Assembly (NCBI RefSeq): GCF_054482525.1 | Contig: NZ_CM137006.1 | Strand: one strand, 5' to 3' | DNA: 64,000 nucleotides | Shown: piece by piece, positions 21,710 through 32,651 of the stretch | How the letters are laid out: each line of letters begins with the position of its first letter | Numbering within the stretch: the first letter of the stretch is position 1 | Notes under the pieces: generated by a model | Database searches by the model: none | The model's input: only the letters and a program-made list of their open reading frames with translations | What the model was told of the DNA's origin: nothing | Translations under genes and position numbers: made by a program

Positions 21710-23362
21710 ATGTCCAAACCATTTATCTGGCAAGAACCGTTTCTACAAAATAAAGACGGTACAGAATATACATTAATTAGCGATCAACATATTACAGTAA
21801 CGGAATTAGACGGCGAAGAAGTGATAAAAATCGCTCCTGAAGCATTAACGCTGCTTGCCCGGCAGGCATTTTATGAAGCCTCTTTTTTCTTACGTTCCGC
21901 TCATTTGCAACAGGTCGCCAGCATTTTTAACGATCCGCAGGCCAGCAGTAATGATAAATACGTTGCGTTGCAGTTATTACGTAATGCTGAAGTCTCAGCA
22001 AAAGGGGTATTACCCAACTGTCAGGATACCGGCACCGCAACTATTGTTGCCAGTAAAGGGCAACAGATATGGACCGGAGGTAACGACGCTGAAGCCTTAA
22101 GCAAAGGCATTTACACCACTTTCCAGGAAAATAATCTGCGCTTTTCACAAAATGCGCCGCTGGATATGTACACCGAAGTCAATACGCAAACCAATCTCCC
22201 GGCGCAGATTGATATCAGCGCTGTCGCTGGTGATGAGTACCATTTTCTCTGTGTTAATAAAGGGGGCGGCTCTGCCAATAAAGCCGCGCTTTATCAGGAA
22301 ACCAAATCCTTATTGCAACCAGAAAAACTGACCGCATTTTTAATCGAAAAAATGAAATCGCTGGGCACCGCTGCCTGCCCGCCTTACCACATCGCCTTTG
22401 TCGTCGGAGGGCTTTCAGCCGATCAAACCTTAAAAGTTGCCAAGCTGGCCTCTACGAAATATTACGACAATTTGCCCACCAGCGGAAACGAGCAGGGACA
22501 AGCATTCCGTGATATTGAGCTGGAAAAAGTGTTGCTCGAGGCCAGTCAGCAATTTGGTATTGGTGCGCAATTTGGGGGTAAATATTTCGCTCATGATATT
22601 CGCGTCATTCGTCTGCCGCGTCACGGTGGCTCTTGCCCGATAGCTATGGCGCTCTCCTGTTCTGCGGATCGCAATATCAAAGCAAAAATTAACAAGCACG
22701 GTATCTGGCTGGAAAAACTCGAACACAATCCTGGGCAATATATTCCAGCCTCACTACGGGAAGAAAATCACGCGCAACATGTACAACTGGATCTAAACCG
22801 TCCGTTGCGTGAAGTGATGCAGGATCTCGCCAGATTACCGGTAGGTACCCGCGTGTCGTTAAGTGGTCCCATCGTAGTGGCGCGCGATATCGCCCACGCC
22901 AAAATAAAAGTGCGGCTGGATAGCGGCGAACCGATGCCGGATTACCTGAAGCATCATATTGTCTATTACGCTGGCCCGGCGAAAACACCGGAGAACATGG
23001 CCTGCGGTTCACTGGGTCCAACCACGGGCGGTCGAATGGACGGTTATGTCGATACCTTCCAGGCTGCTGGCGGCAGTCTGGTAATGTTATCGAAAGGTAA
23101 CCGCAGCCAGCAGGTCACCGATGCCTGTCACAAACATGGCGGCTTCAATCTGGGAAGTATTGGCGGTGCAGCTGCGTTACTGGCGCAAGAATATGTCAAA
23201 AGTCTGCGTTGCCTGGAATACCCGGAGCTGGGTATGGAAGCGGTGTGGATGATGGAAGTGGAAAATTTACCCGCATTCATCCTGGTAGATGATAAAGGCA
23301 ATAATTTCTTTAGTCAGTTTGAGCAGCAACACCGCTGTGCCAGTTGCCCTGCGGGACATTAA
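21710..23362 (+). CDS. fumD: Class I fumarate hydratase paralog, probable mesaconase (FumD-like)
   Basis: 550 aa with strong similarity along its length to FumA/FumB ([44 protein letters not shown] motifs); located in the methylaspartate gene cluster. Confidence 0.85.
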   Translation: MSKPFIWQEPFLQNKDGTEYTLISDQHITVTELDGEEVIKIAPEALTLLARQAFYEASFFLRSAHLQQVASIFNDPQASSNDKYVALQLLRNAEVSAKGVLPNCQDTGTATIVASKGQQIWTGGNDAEALSKGIYTTFQENNLRFSQNAPLDMYTEVNTQTNLPAQIDISAVAGDEYHFLCVNKGGGSANKAALYQETKSLLQPEKLTAFLIEKMKSLGTAACPPYHIAFVVGGLSADQTLKVAKLASTKYYDNLPTSGNEQGQAFRDIELEKVLLEASQQFGIGAQFGGKYFAHDIRVIRLPRHGGSCPIAMALSCSADRNIKAKINKHGIWLEKLEHNPGQYIPASLREENHAQHVQLDLNRPLREVMQDLARLPVGTRVSLSGPIVVARDIAHAKIKVRLDSGEPMPDYLKHHIVYYAGPAKTPENMACGSLGPTTGGRMDGYVDTFQAAGGSLVMLSKGNRSQQVTDACHKHGGFNLGSIGGAAALLAQEYVKSLRCLEYPELGMEAVWMMEVENLPAFILVDDKGNNFFSQFEQQHRCASCPAGH

Positions 23363-23371
23363 GGAAAATGA

Positions 23372-23974
23372 ATGGAAGCGCGAATTTCAACTGAACGGCA
23401 TGTGCAGCACCAGCAAAAATTGAAGGAACAGGTCGATACGCGCGTCGCGGCGGCGATAGAGAAAAAAGGGATCTTGATTGTTTTCACCGGCAACGGCAAA
23501 GGGAAATCCACTGCCGCGTTTGGTACTGTGACGCGCGCGGTGGGTCATGGCAAAACGGTGGGGGTTGCGCAGTACATCAAGGGGCAATGGGACAACGGCG
23601 AATACAACCTTCTCCAGCCGCTGGGGGTTGAGTTTCATATTATGGGAACCGGTTTTACCTGGGAGACACAGAACCGGCAAGCGGATATCGACGCGGCGAA
23701 AGAGGTCTGGTCGGAAAGCAAACGGATGCTGGCTGACAAGCGTTACGACTTAGTGGTGCTTGATGAGCTGACCTATATGCTGGCTTACCATTATCTGGAC
23801 ACCGAAGAAGTGATCGCTTCTCTGCAAAACCGCCCGGCACAACAAAGTGTCATTGTCACCGGACGCGGTTGCCACAGTCAGATATTAAAAATGGCGGATA
23901 CGGTCAGCGAAATCCGCCCCGTCAAACATGCTTTTGATAACGGCATTCAGGCGCAGCCGGGTATCGACTGGTAA
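23372..23974 (+). CDS. Cob(I)alamin adenosyltransferase paralog (CobA/BtuR family)
   Basis: 200 aa; GILIVFTGNGKGKSTAAFG P-loop and overall similarity to E. coli BtuR (IIVFTGNGKGKTTAAFG). Confidence 0.85.
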   Translation: MEARISTERHVQHQQKLKEQVDTRVAAAIEKKGILIVFTGNGKGKSTAAFGTVTRAVGHGKTVGVAQYIKGQWDNGEYNLLQPLGVEFHIMGTGFTWETQNRQADIDAAKEVWSESKRMLADKRYDLVVLDELTYMLAYHYLDTEEVIASLQNRPAQQSVIVTGRGCHSQILKMADTVSEIRPVKHAFDNGIQAQPGIDW

Positions 23975-23981
23975 TAAATAT

Positions 23982-24005
23982 CCTCCGGCATAGCCGGAGG
24001 TTTTT
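23982..24005 (+). terminator. Rho-independent terminator of the glutamate-catabolism operon
   Basis: CCTCCGGC-ATA-GCCGGAGG followed by TTTTT immediately after the adenosyltransferase stop. Confidence 0.7.
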
Positions 24006-24712
24006 CAAATGCGCCTATAAGGCTCTCTTACCAGCCGCGCCCTAACAGGCGCACACGATCTGACATTTGCATCCAACTTCGTTACTTACGGCCCGTAAAC
24101 GGGCTGCCCGGATAGGGAATCGATAACTGCTCTCCCATTTTATCCTCTTCAAGCTGGTGCTTTATGTAATCCTGTATCTTCGCCGTGTTCTTACCCACCG
24201 TATCGACGTAGTACCCTCTGCACCAGAACTCCCTGTTCCTGTATTTGAATTTCAAATCACCAAACTGCTCGTAAAGCATCAGACTGCTTTTCCCTTTCAG
24301 ATATCCCATAAAGCCGGATACGCTCATTTTGGGCGGGATCTCCACAAGCATATGGATATGATCTGCACAGCATTCAGCTTCCAGAATCCGTACACTTTTC
24401 CACTCACACAGCTTTCTCAAAATACTGCCTATTGCTCTACGCTTCTCTCTGTAGAACACCTGTCTTCGGTATTTTGGCGCAAAAACTATGTGATATTTAC
24501 AGTTCCATCGGGTGTGCGCTAAGCTCTTTTCGTTCCCCATTGGGACCCCCTTTTGATTTCTTGTTTGACACTTGCAGTTGCCAGACCGCAAGGTGTTTTA
24601 ACAAATCAAAAGGGGTTTTAATAACTGGCTTAAAGCTGAAAGCTTTCCGGAACCCCCAGCCTAGCTGGGGGTTTTCTGTGCACAATAACTGCGCCTGGCA
24701 TCCCGCCAGGCG
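24006..24712 (-). mobile_element. IS200-like element (IS200/IS605 family), boundaries approximate
   Basis: Contains a Y1-transposase gene, a perfect palindrome AACCCCCAGCCTAGCTGGGGGTT about 120 bp upstream of tnpA and a 13-bp inverted repeat sequestering the tnpA start region, as in IS200. Confidence 0.6.
24082..24540 (-). CDS. tnpA: IS200 transposase TnpA (HUH Y1 transposase)
   Basis: 152 aa MGNEKSLAHTRWNCKYHIVFAPKYRRQVFY...HIHMLVEIPPK... with HuH motif and catalytic Tyr-containing C-terminus. Confidence 0.9.
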   Translation of the reverse strand: MGNEKSLAHTRWNCKYHIVFAPKYRRQVFYREKRRAIGSILRKLCEWKSVRILEAECCADHIHMLVEIPPKMSVSGFMGYLKGKSSLMLYEQFGDLKFKYRNREFWCRGYYVDTVGKNTAKIQDYIKHQLEEDKMGEQLSIPYPGSPFTGRK

Positions 24713-24718
24713 CAGGTT

Positions 24719-25624
24719 TTACATCTCCTGCGGTACAACCGATTTCGCCAGCAACCATTCACGAAATTGCTGCAAGTGCGGTGAGTCAGACTTCTCTTCC
24801 TGCCACGTCATAATAAAACGATTACCGGTACGAATAGGCACATCACAGGGAATCACCATATCGCCACTATCCAAATCATGTTGAATAGCGAACCGTGGTA
24901 ACAGCGCCACGCCGAGATTAGAGCGCACGGCGGCAATCAGCATTGAAAGCAAATCGAAACGTGGTCCGTTGTTGACCAGCGGACTGCTAACGCCAGATAA
25001 GGCAAACCACTCTTCCCAGCCAGTAATACGGGTACTTTGATGCAGAAGTGGTAACTCTGTAAGCAGTTCTGCCACTGACAGTTTTTGATCGGACATTGCA
25101 AGCAAACTGCCGCTGCATACCGGCAAAATCTCCTCTTCAAAGAGATATTCTACTTCCGCCCAGGGCGCGCAAAAATTTTCGCGCATAATGACAGCATCGT
25201 ACTCCCGATTAAGAAAATCGCCGTTATTAGCTAAAGAGTGAATATTAACAATAATATCGGGATGTAACTTTGTGAATTCATGTAAATTTGGGATTAACCA
25301 GTGGGTACTAAACGTAGGATTCACGGCAAGTTCAATAACCTTAACTGTAGGTTGCCAGGTCATAATGGTATTGGTATCGCGTTCCAGCTTATTTAATGTT
25401 TCTTTTACTATCCCCAGGTAATACTTCCCTGCATCATTAAGAAAAATACGTTTTTTAGAGTGTGAAAATAACGGAGTATGTAAAAATTCCTCCAGCGCAC
25501 TCACTTGTCTGAATACTGCACTTTGGGTTAACGCTAACTCCTCTGCCGCTCTGGTATAACTTTCATGACGTGCGACGACCTCAAAAGTCACCAGCAGTTC
25601 CGTTTTAGGTATTTTTCCTCGCAT
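24719..25624 (-). CDS. LysR-family transcriptional regulator
   Basis: 301 aa; N-terminal HTH (TFEVVARHESYTRAAEELALTQSAVFRQVSALEE) and LysR substrate-binding domain. Confidence 0.85.
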   Translation of the reverse strand: MRGKIPKTELLVTFEVVARHESYTRAAEELALTQSAVFRQVSALEEFLHTPLFSHSKKRIFLNDAGKYYLGIVKETLNKLERDTNTIMTWQPTVKVIELAVNPTFSTHWLIPNLHEFTKLHPDIIVNIHSLANNGDFLNREYDAVIMRENFCAPWAEVEYLFEEEILPVCSGSLLAMSDQKLSVAELLTELPLLHQSTRITGWEEWFALSGVSSPLVNNGPRFDLLSMLIAAVRSNLGVALLPRFAIQHDLDSGDMVIPCDVPIRTGNRFIMTWQEEKSDSPHLQQFREWLLAKSVVPQEM

Positions 25625-26190
25625 AATGCCGTCCCTTAAAAATAGTTTAAACCATCAAAAATACATTACTTATTACGAAGTAATGGTAACCAAAGCAGCA
25701 ATAAATAATTTATAAGAATCATGATTGACATTTATAACCCAGTAAGCCTGGCGTGACAAATATCTTAATCAGATAATAATAATCCGAAAAGCACAGCGCC
25801 TTTCGAATTATCCGGAATCACATTAAGTGAAAATTATTAAATTGATATCATTTATCATATCTGTGGATATTATGATAAACAATCAACAAAGATTTTATTT
25901 TTGATTTATAGCATATCCCTCTAAGAATTTTTGCGATGCTGCAATATCCGGGGTAAAGACCCGATCCTGGCTGACAAATGGCACGACTTGACGATAAGCG
26001 GTGAACATCGCTTTTGTTGATTTACTTAACGCTACGGTCAAACGCTGGGAAGCCAGTGCATCAGGTAACGATTCGAAATTCGCCGTCGTTCTTATTCGTG
26101 GCTTGCGGTCGGTTGCGGCAATCCACAGTGGCTGTGGTCATGCAGTCAAGCCAGCGGTCAGATTTCGACCGTGGTTAACATTTAAGGCAT

Positions 26191-26289
26191 AAAAAAGGCC
26201 ATCATACGATGGCCAACCATGTCGAAACCGACAGCCCTTCGCCATTCCTGTAGAGGGAAGCGGCGAGGGCTATTTCTTATTACAGATAT
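26191..26289 (-). ncRNA. sdhX: sucD 3'UTR-derived sRNA SdhX (RybD) with intrinsic terminator
   Basis: About 100 nt between sucD stop and hairpin GGCCATCGTATGATGGCC + U6 on the minus strand; position matches the known SdhX locus. Sequence identity not checked. Confidence 0.5.
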
Positions 26290-27159
26290 TTATTTCAGAA
26301 CAGTTTTCAGTGCTTCACCGATATCCGCCAGGCTGCGAACGGTTTTCACGCCTGCGGCTTCCAGAGCAGCGAATTTCTCATCCGCAGTCCCTTTCCCACC
26401 GGCAATGATGGCACCCGCGTGGCCCATACGTTTGCCTTTCGGCGCAGTCACACCAGCGATGTAACCCACAACAGGCTTGGTAACGTGCTCTTTGATGTAC
26501 GCAGCCGCTTCTTCTTCAGCGCTACCGCCGATCTCACCGATCATCACGATCGCTTCGGTCTGCGGATCTTTTTCGAACATTTCGAGGATGTCGATAAAGT
26601 TAGAGCCAGGGATCGGGTCGCCGCCGATACCAACACAGGTCGACTGACCGAAACCGTAATCCGTGGTCTGTTTAACCGCTTCATAGGTCAGTGTACCGGA
26701 ACGGGAAACGATACCCACTTTACCCGGTTTGTGAATGTGACCAGGCTGGATACCGATTTTGCATTCACCCGGAGTGATAACGCCTGGGCAGTTCGGGCCG
26801 ATCATGCGAACGCCCGCTTCATCCAGTTTCACCTTCACGGTCAGCATATCCAGCGTCGGGATGCCTTCAGTGATGGTGATAATCAGTTTGATGCCTGCAT
26901 CAATAGCTTCCAGAATGGAGTCTTTGCAGAACGGTGCTGGTACGTAGATAACAGAAGCGGTAGCGCCAGTAGCAGCAACAGCTTCACGCACGGTGTTGAA
27001 CACCGGCAGGCCGAGGTGGGTGGTGCCGCCTTTACCTGGGGTTACGCCGCCAACCATTTTAGTGCCGTATGCAATGGCCTGTTCTGAGTGGAAAGTCCCC
27101 TGGCTACCGGTAAAGCCCTGGCAGATAACCTTGGTGTTTTTATCAATTAAAATGGACAT
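26290..27159 (-). CDS. sucD: Succinyl-CoA synthetase alpha subunit
   Basis: 289 aa [45 protein letters not shown]... Confidence 0.95.
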
Positions 27160-28325
27160 TATTTCCCCTCCACTGCGGCAACAACCTGCTGAGCTGCATC
27201 CGTCAGACCTTTTGCTGCAATAATATTCAGGCCGCTGTCAGCCAGTTTCTTCGCGCCGAGTTCGGCGTTGTTACCTTCCAGACGTACCACGACCGGTACG
27301 TTAACACCCACTTCCGCTACCGCGCCGATGATACCGTCAGCGATCAGGTCGCAACGAACGATACCGCCGAAGATGTTAACCAGAACGGCTTTCACTTTGT
27401 CGTCAGAGAGGATGATTTTGAACGCTTCGGTTACACGTTCTTTGGTTGCGCCGCCGCCAACGTCAAGGAAGTTAGCTGGTTCGCCGCCGTGCAGTTTAAC
27501 GATGTCCATCGTACCCATCGCCAGACCTGCGCCGTTAACCATACAACCGATGTTACCGTCCAGCGCAACGTAGTTCAGTTCCCACTGTGCAGCCTGTGCT
27601 TCACGTGGATCTTCCTGCGACTGGTCACGCATTTCGCGCAGATCAGGCTGGCGGAACAGTGCGTTGCCATCAGCGCCCAGTTTGCCGTCGAGGCAAATCA
27701 GATCGCCCTGTTTGGTGATGACCAGTGGGTTGATTTCGATCAGCGCCAGGTCGCGCTCCAGGAAAATGGTCGCCAGGCCCATGAAGATTTTGGTGAACTG
27801 CTGAACCAGTTTACCTTCCAGACCCAGTTTGAACGCCAGCTCGCGTCCCTGATACGGCATCGGGCCAGTCAGCGGATCAAGCGCAACTTTATGGATCAGG
27901 TGCGGAGTTTCTTCCGCCACTTTTTCGATTTCCACGCCGCCTTCGGTGGAGGCCATAAAGACCACACGACGGGAACTACGGTCAACAACGGCACCGAGAT
28001 ACAGCTCTTTAGCGATATCGGTCGCTGCTTCAACCAGAATCTGGTTAACCGGTTGGCCATTGGCATCTGTTTGATACGTTACCAGACGCTTGCCCAGCCA
28101 GTTTTCTGCAAAAGCACGGATGTCTTCTTTGCTGTTTACCACTTTCACACCGCCCGCTTTACCGCGGCCACCAGCGTGAACCTGACATTTCACTACCCAC
28201 GGACCGGCACCGATTTTTGAAGCGGCTTCTTCTGCTTCGCGCGGAGTAGTACAGGCATAACCCACCGGTGCTGGTAAGCCATAGCGGGCAAAAAGTTGTT
28301 TTGCCTGATATTCATGTAAGTTCAT
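27159..28325 (-). CDS. sucC: Succinyl-CoA synthetase beta subunit
   Basis: 388 aa [39 protein letters not shown]...; 1-nt overlap with sucD. Confidence 0.95.
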
Positions 28326-28418
28326 GTGTTCTGTCCATCCTTCAGTAATCGTTATCTTTTAAACCGTAGACCGACACCCTATCCACGTCGGTCTACAGTG
28401 CAGGTGAAGCTTAAACTA

Positions 28419-29636
28419 CTACACGTCCAGCAGCAGACGAGTCGGATCTTCCAGCAACTCTTTGATCGTTACCAGGAAGCCCACGGATTCGCGACCATCG
28501 ATCAGACGGTGATCGTAGGACAGCGCCAGGTACATCATCGGCAGGATCTCAACCTGACCATTCACCGCCATCGGACGATCTTTGATAGCGTGCATACCCA
28601 GAATTGCGCTCTGCGGCGGGTTGATGATCGGCGTAGACATCAGGGAACCGAACACACCACCATTGGTGATGGTGAAGTTACCACCGGTCAGATCTTCAAC
28701 CGTCAGCTTGCCGTCACGGCCTTTAACTGCCAGCTCTTTGATTTTCTTCTCGATGTCTGCCATGCCTAGGGTATCGACATCACGCAGTACCGGCGTCACC
28801 AAGCCGCGCGGCGTAGAAACCGCCATGCTGACGTCGAAATAGTTGTGGTAAACCACATCATCGCCGTCGATAGAAGCATTCACTTCAGGGTAACGTTTCA
28901 GGGCTTCAACCACCGCTTTCACGTAGAAGGACATAAAGCCCAGACGGATGCCGTGGCGTTTTTCAAACGCTTCACCGTACTGCTTACGCAGATCCATAAT
29001 CGGCTTCATATTGACTTCGTTGAACGTGGTCAGCATGGCGGTGGAGTTTTTCGCTTCCAGCAGACGCTCTGCCACACGCTTACGCAGGCGAGTCATCGGG
29101 ACACGTTTTTCGCTACGTGCAGCCAGAGCCGGTTGCGCCGCCGGAGCAGCCGCTGCCGGAGCAGACTCTTTCGCCGGGGCTTTCGCCAGATGTTTTTCCA
29201 CATCTTCACGAGTCAGACGACCACCCACACCGGTGCCTTTAATGGCGCTGGCGTCGAGGTTGTGTTCAGCCAAGAGTCGGCGGATCGCCGGGCTTAACGC
29301 ATCGTTGTTTTGCTCTTCCAGAGACGCCTGCTGGCGTTGCGCCGGAGTGGACGCTTTCTCTTCAGATTTGGCGCTGGTTTCTTTACCCGCGCTGTTGCCT
29401 TCACGCAGGCGACCAAGGATCTGACGAGACGTTACCGTTGTACCTTCATCTTCCAGAACCGCATCCAGAATGCCGTCTGCTGATGCCGGTACTTCCAGTA
29501 CCACTTTGTCAGTTTCGATTTCTACCAGCACTTCATCACGTACGACTGCGTCGCCGGGTTTTTTATGCCAGGTTGCGACGGTGGCATCGGCTACGGATTC
29601 AGGCAGGTCAGGGACCAGAATATCTACGCTACTCAT
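28419..29636 (-). CDS. sucB: 2-Oxoglutarate dehydrogenase E2 (dihydrolipoyl succinyltransferase)
   Basis: 405 aa with lipoyl domain and catalytic acyltransferase domain. Confidence 0.95.
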
Positions 29637-29650
29637 TGTGTATCCTTTAT

Positions 29651-32452
29651 TTATTCGACGTTCAGCGCGTCATTAACCAGATCTTGTTGCTGTTTCTGGT
29701 GAACGGACATATACCCTACCGCCGGAGAGGCGGAGGCCGGGCGGCCTGCATAACGCAGAGAAGCCCCAAACGGAATCACTTCACGGAAATGATGCTGGCT
29801 GCAGTACCATGCGCCCTGGTTGAGCGGCTCTTCCTGGCACCAGACAAAATCCTTGACGTGAGCAAACTGCTGCAACACTTCCTGCATCGCTTTATGCGGG
29901 AACGGGTAGAGTTGCTCGATACGCACAATGGCGACATCGTGTTGATTGTTCTTACGACGTTGTTCCAGCAGGTCGTAATAAACCTTACCAGAACACATCA
30001 CTACACGCTTAACGCCCTTCGGATCAAGCTCGTCGATTTCACCGATGGCTGGCAGGAAGGTGCCGTTCGCCAGTTCTTCGAGGCTGGAAACCGCCAGCGG
30101 ATGACGCAGCAGGGATTTCGGCGACATCACGACCAGCGGACGACGCATCCCGCGCAGCGCCTGACGACGCAGCATGTGGTAAACCTGTGCCGGGGTAGAC
30201 GGTACGCACACCTGCATGTTTTGCTCAGCGCAAAGTTGCAGATAACGTTCCAGACGCGCGGAGGAGTGCTCCGGTCCCTGCCCTTCGTAACCGTGCGGCA
30301 GCAACATCACCAGACCACACATCCGGCCCCATTTCTGCTCGCCAGAGGAGATGAACTGGTCGATAACCACCTGAGCACCGTTAGCGAAGTCACCGAACTG
30401 TGCTTCCCAGATAGTCAGAGTGCGTGGTTCTGCGGTGGCATAACCGTATTCAAACGCCAGCACTGCTTCTTCAGACAGTACGGAGTCCCAGACACGGAAC
30501 GCGCCCTGACCGTTATGGATGTGCTGCAGCGGCGTGTAAGTGGAACCGTTAGACTGGTTGTGGATCACCGCGTGGCGGTGGAAGAAGGTACCGCGACCGG
30601 AGTCTTCACCCGACAGGCGAACCGGAATGCCTTCGTCAACCAGCGTGGCGTAAGCGAGGTTTTCCGCGCCGCCCCAGTCGAACAGTTTCTCACCAGCTGC
30701 CATCGCCTGGCGATCGCCATAAATCTTGGCAACGCGAGACTGCATTTCAACTGCTTCCGGCACCGTGCTGATGCGTTTAGCCAGTTCCTGCAGGCGCTTC
30801 ATCTCAACTTTGTTCGGGTACTCTTCGTCCCATTCGTGGTTGAGGTACGGCGACCAGGTGAAAGAGTGCATGTTCATCGGACGCCACTCTGTTACCACGC
30901 AATCGCCAGCATCCAGCGCATCGCGGTACAGGTTAACCATCTCAGTGGCATCTTCCAGCGTCGCGACTTTTTCCTGCTCCAGCTTGTCAGCGTAGATTTT
31001 GCGCGGCGTTGGATGTTTTTTGATTTTCTGATACATCAGCGGCTGGGTTGCGCTCGGCTCGTCGGCTTCGTTGTGGCCGTGACGGCGGTAGCACACCAGA
31101 TCGATGAAGACATCACGTTTAAAGGTGTTACGGAAATCGAGCGCCAGACGGGTCACAAAAGCAACGGCTTCCGGATCATCCGCGTTTACGTGGAAAATCG
31201 GTGCCTGAACCATCTTACCGATATCAGTACAGTACGGCGTAGAACGGGCATCCAGCGGATTAGAGGTGGTGAAGCCAACCTGGTTGTTGATAACGATACG
31301 TACCGTACCGCCAACTTCATAACCACGCGCTTTCGACATGTTCAGAGTTTCCTGAACCACGCCCTGCCCGGTCACTGCGGCGTCACCATGAATGGTGATT
31401 GGCAGCACTTTGTTGCTGCTCGGCTCATCAAGTCTGTCCAGACGGGCACGAACAGAACCGATAACTACCGGGCTGACAATCTCAAGGTGAGACGGGTTAA
31501 ACGCCAGCGCCAGGTGCACCAGGCCGCCATCGGTCTGGAAGTCAGACGAGAAGCCCATGTGGTATTTCACGTCGCCCGTGCCGAGGTGTTCTTTATGTTT
31601 ACCGGCAAACTCGTCGAACAAGTCTTGCGGTTTTTTACCCAGCACGTTCACCAGCACGTTCAGACGACCACGGTGCGCCATCCCGAGAACCACTTCGCGG
31701 GTGCCGCTGTTGCCAGCGTGGCGGATCATCTCTTTAAGCATCGGGATTAACGCGTCACCGCCTTCCAGCGAGAAGCGTTTTGCGCCAGGGAATTTTGCGC
31801 CGAGGTAACGTTCAAGGCCTTCAGCGGCGGTCAGTTCGCTTAAGAAGCGTTTTTTCTCTTCGCTATTGAAAGTCGCGCGACCAGACTCGATACGCTGTTG
31901 GATCCAGCGTTTTTCTTCGGTGCTGGTGATGTGCATATACTCGGCACCAATCGGGCCGCAGTAGGTTTGCTTGAGGGCTTCCAGCAGCTCGCCGAGTTTC
32001 ATGGTTTCTTTGCCGCTGGCAAATGAACCGACGTTGAAGGTCTCCTGGAAGTCTGCTTCGGTCAGATCGTGGAAAGACGGATCCAGATCGGCCACTTTAT
32101 CTTGCTGCCACAGTCCCAGCGGATCGAGATTCGCATGCTGGTGACCACGGAAGCGGTATGCGTTAATGAGCTGCAGGACTTTAACCTGCTTCACATTGGT
32201 GTCAGGGTCGGAGATCGTTGAAGAGTAACGTGAAGCGTCTTTCGCCAGGCGGCGGAAATATTCACGCGTTTGAGAGTGGAATTGATCCGGTTTGACTCCC
32301 GTACCAGGTAACTGCTGGAACGTCGAACGCCAGTTAGCGTCAACCGAGTCAGGATCGGTTAAGAAGTCTTCATAGAGCTGTTCTATCCAGCTCTGGTTTG
32401 CGCCAGAGAGGTAAGAAGAGTCCAACCAGGCTTTCAAAGCGCTGTTCTGCAT
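29651..32452 (-). CDS. sucA: 2-Oxoglutarate dehydrogenase E1 component
   Basis: 933 aa [38 protein letters not shown]... Confidence 0.95.
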   Translation of the reverse strand: MQNSALKAWLDSSYLSGANQSWIEQLYEDFLTDPDSVDANWRSTFQQLPGTGVKPDQFHSQTREYFRRLAKDASRYSSTISDPDTNVKQVKVLQLINAYRFRGHQHANLDPLGLWQQDKVADLDPSFHDLTEADFQETFNVGSFASGKETMKLGELLEALKQTYCGPIGAEYMHITSTEEKRWIQQRIESGRATFNSEEKKRFLSELTAAEGLERYLGAKFPGAKRFSLEGGDALIPMLKEMIRHAGNSGTREVVLGMAHRGRLNVLVNVLGKKPQDLFDEFAGKHKEHLGTGDVKYHMGFSSDFQTDGGLVHLALAFNPSHLEIVSPVVIGSVRARLDRLDEPSSNKVLPITIHGDAAVTGQGVVQETLNMSKARGYEVGGTVRIVINNQVGFTTSNPLDARSTPYCTDIGKMVQAPIFHVNADDPEAVAFVTRLALDFRNTFKRDVFIDLVCYRRHGHNEADEPSATQPLMYQKIKKHPTPRKIYADKLEQEKVATLEDATEMVNLYRDALDAGDCVVTEWRPMNMHSFTWSPYLNHEWDEEYPNKVEMKRLQELAKRISTVPEAVEMQSRVAKIYGDRQAMAAGEKLFDWGGAENLAYATLVDEGIPVRLSGEDSGRGTFFHRHAVIHNQSNGSTYTPLQHIHNGQGAFRVWDSVLSEEAVLAFEYGYATAEPRTLTIWEAQFGDFANGAQVVIDQFISSGEQKWGRMCGLVMLLPHGYEGQGPEHSSARLERYLQLCAEQNMQVCVPSTPAQVYHMLRRQALRGMRRPLVVMSPKSLLRHPLAVSSLEELANGTFLPAIGEIDELDPKGVKRVVMCSGKVYYDLLEQRRKNNQHDVAIVRIEQLYPFPHKAMQEVLQQFAHVKDFVWCQEEPLNQGAWYCSQHHFREVIPFGASLRYAGRPASASPAVGYMSVHQKQQQDLVNDALNVE

Positions 32453-32651
32453 CGTGATCCCTTAAGCATCTTTTTTATGCTTACTTCGCCGTGGATACTA
32501 CCACGCACAGTGATGTGCGTGCCGGGGTTCACTTGCGAGCTCTTGTCTACGTAGTGGCTCGCGAAGGAACCTTTAAAAACTGTCTTAGTGTCAGGGGCAG
32601 TTTTTAAAGATTTCCTGAATAGCCGGGGATTTCCCCGGCATCAACATTTAA

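Noticed and set aside
26001-26192. 63-aa plus-strand ORF
   Set aside because: No RBS, overlaps the sdhX terminator region, unremarkable composition; more likely non-coding.
11134-26290. Expected mngR/mngA/mngB (mannosyl-glycerate PTS) genes
   Set aside because: No GntR-type regulator, PTS EIIABC or alpha-mannosidase-like ORF is present in the interval; the locus is occupied by the island.
29438-31750. 770-aa plus-strand ORF
   Set aside because: Lies entirely antisense to sucA, which has an unambiguous E1 sequence; no RBS, Arg/His-rich composition typical of a shadow ORF.
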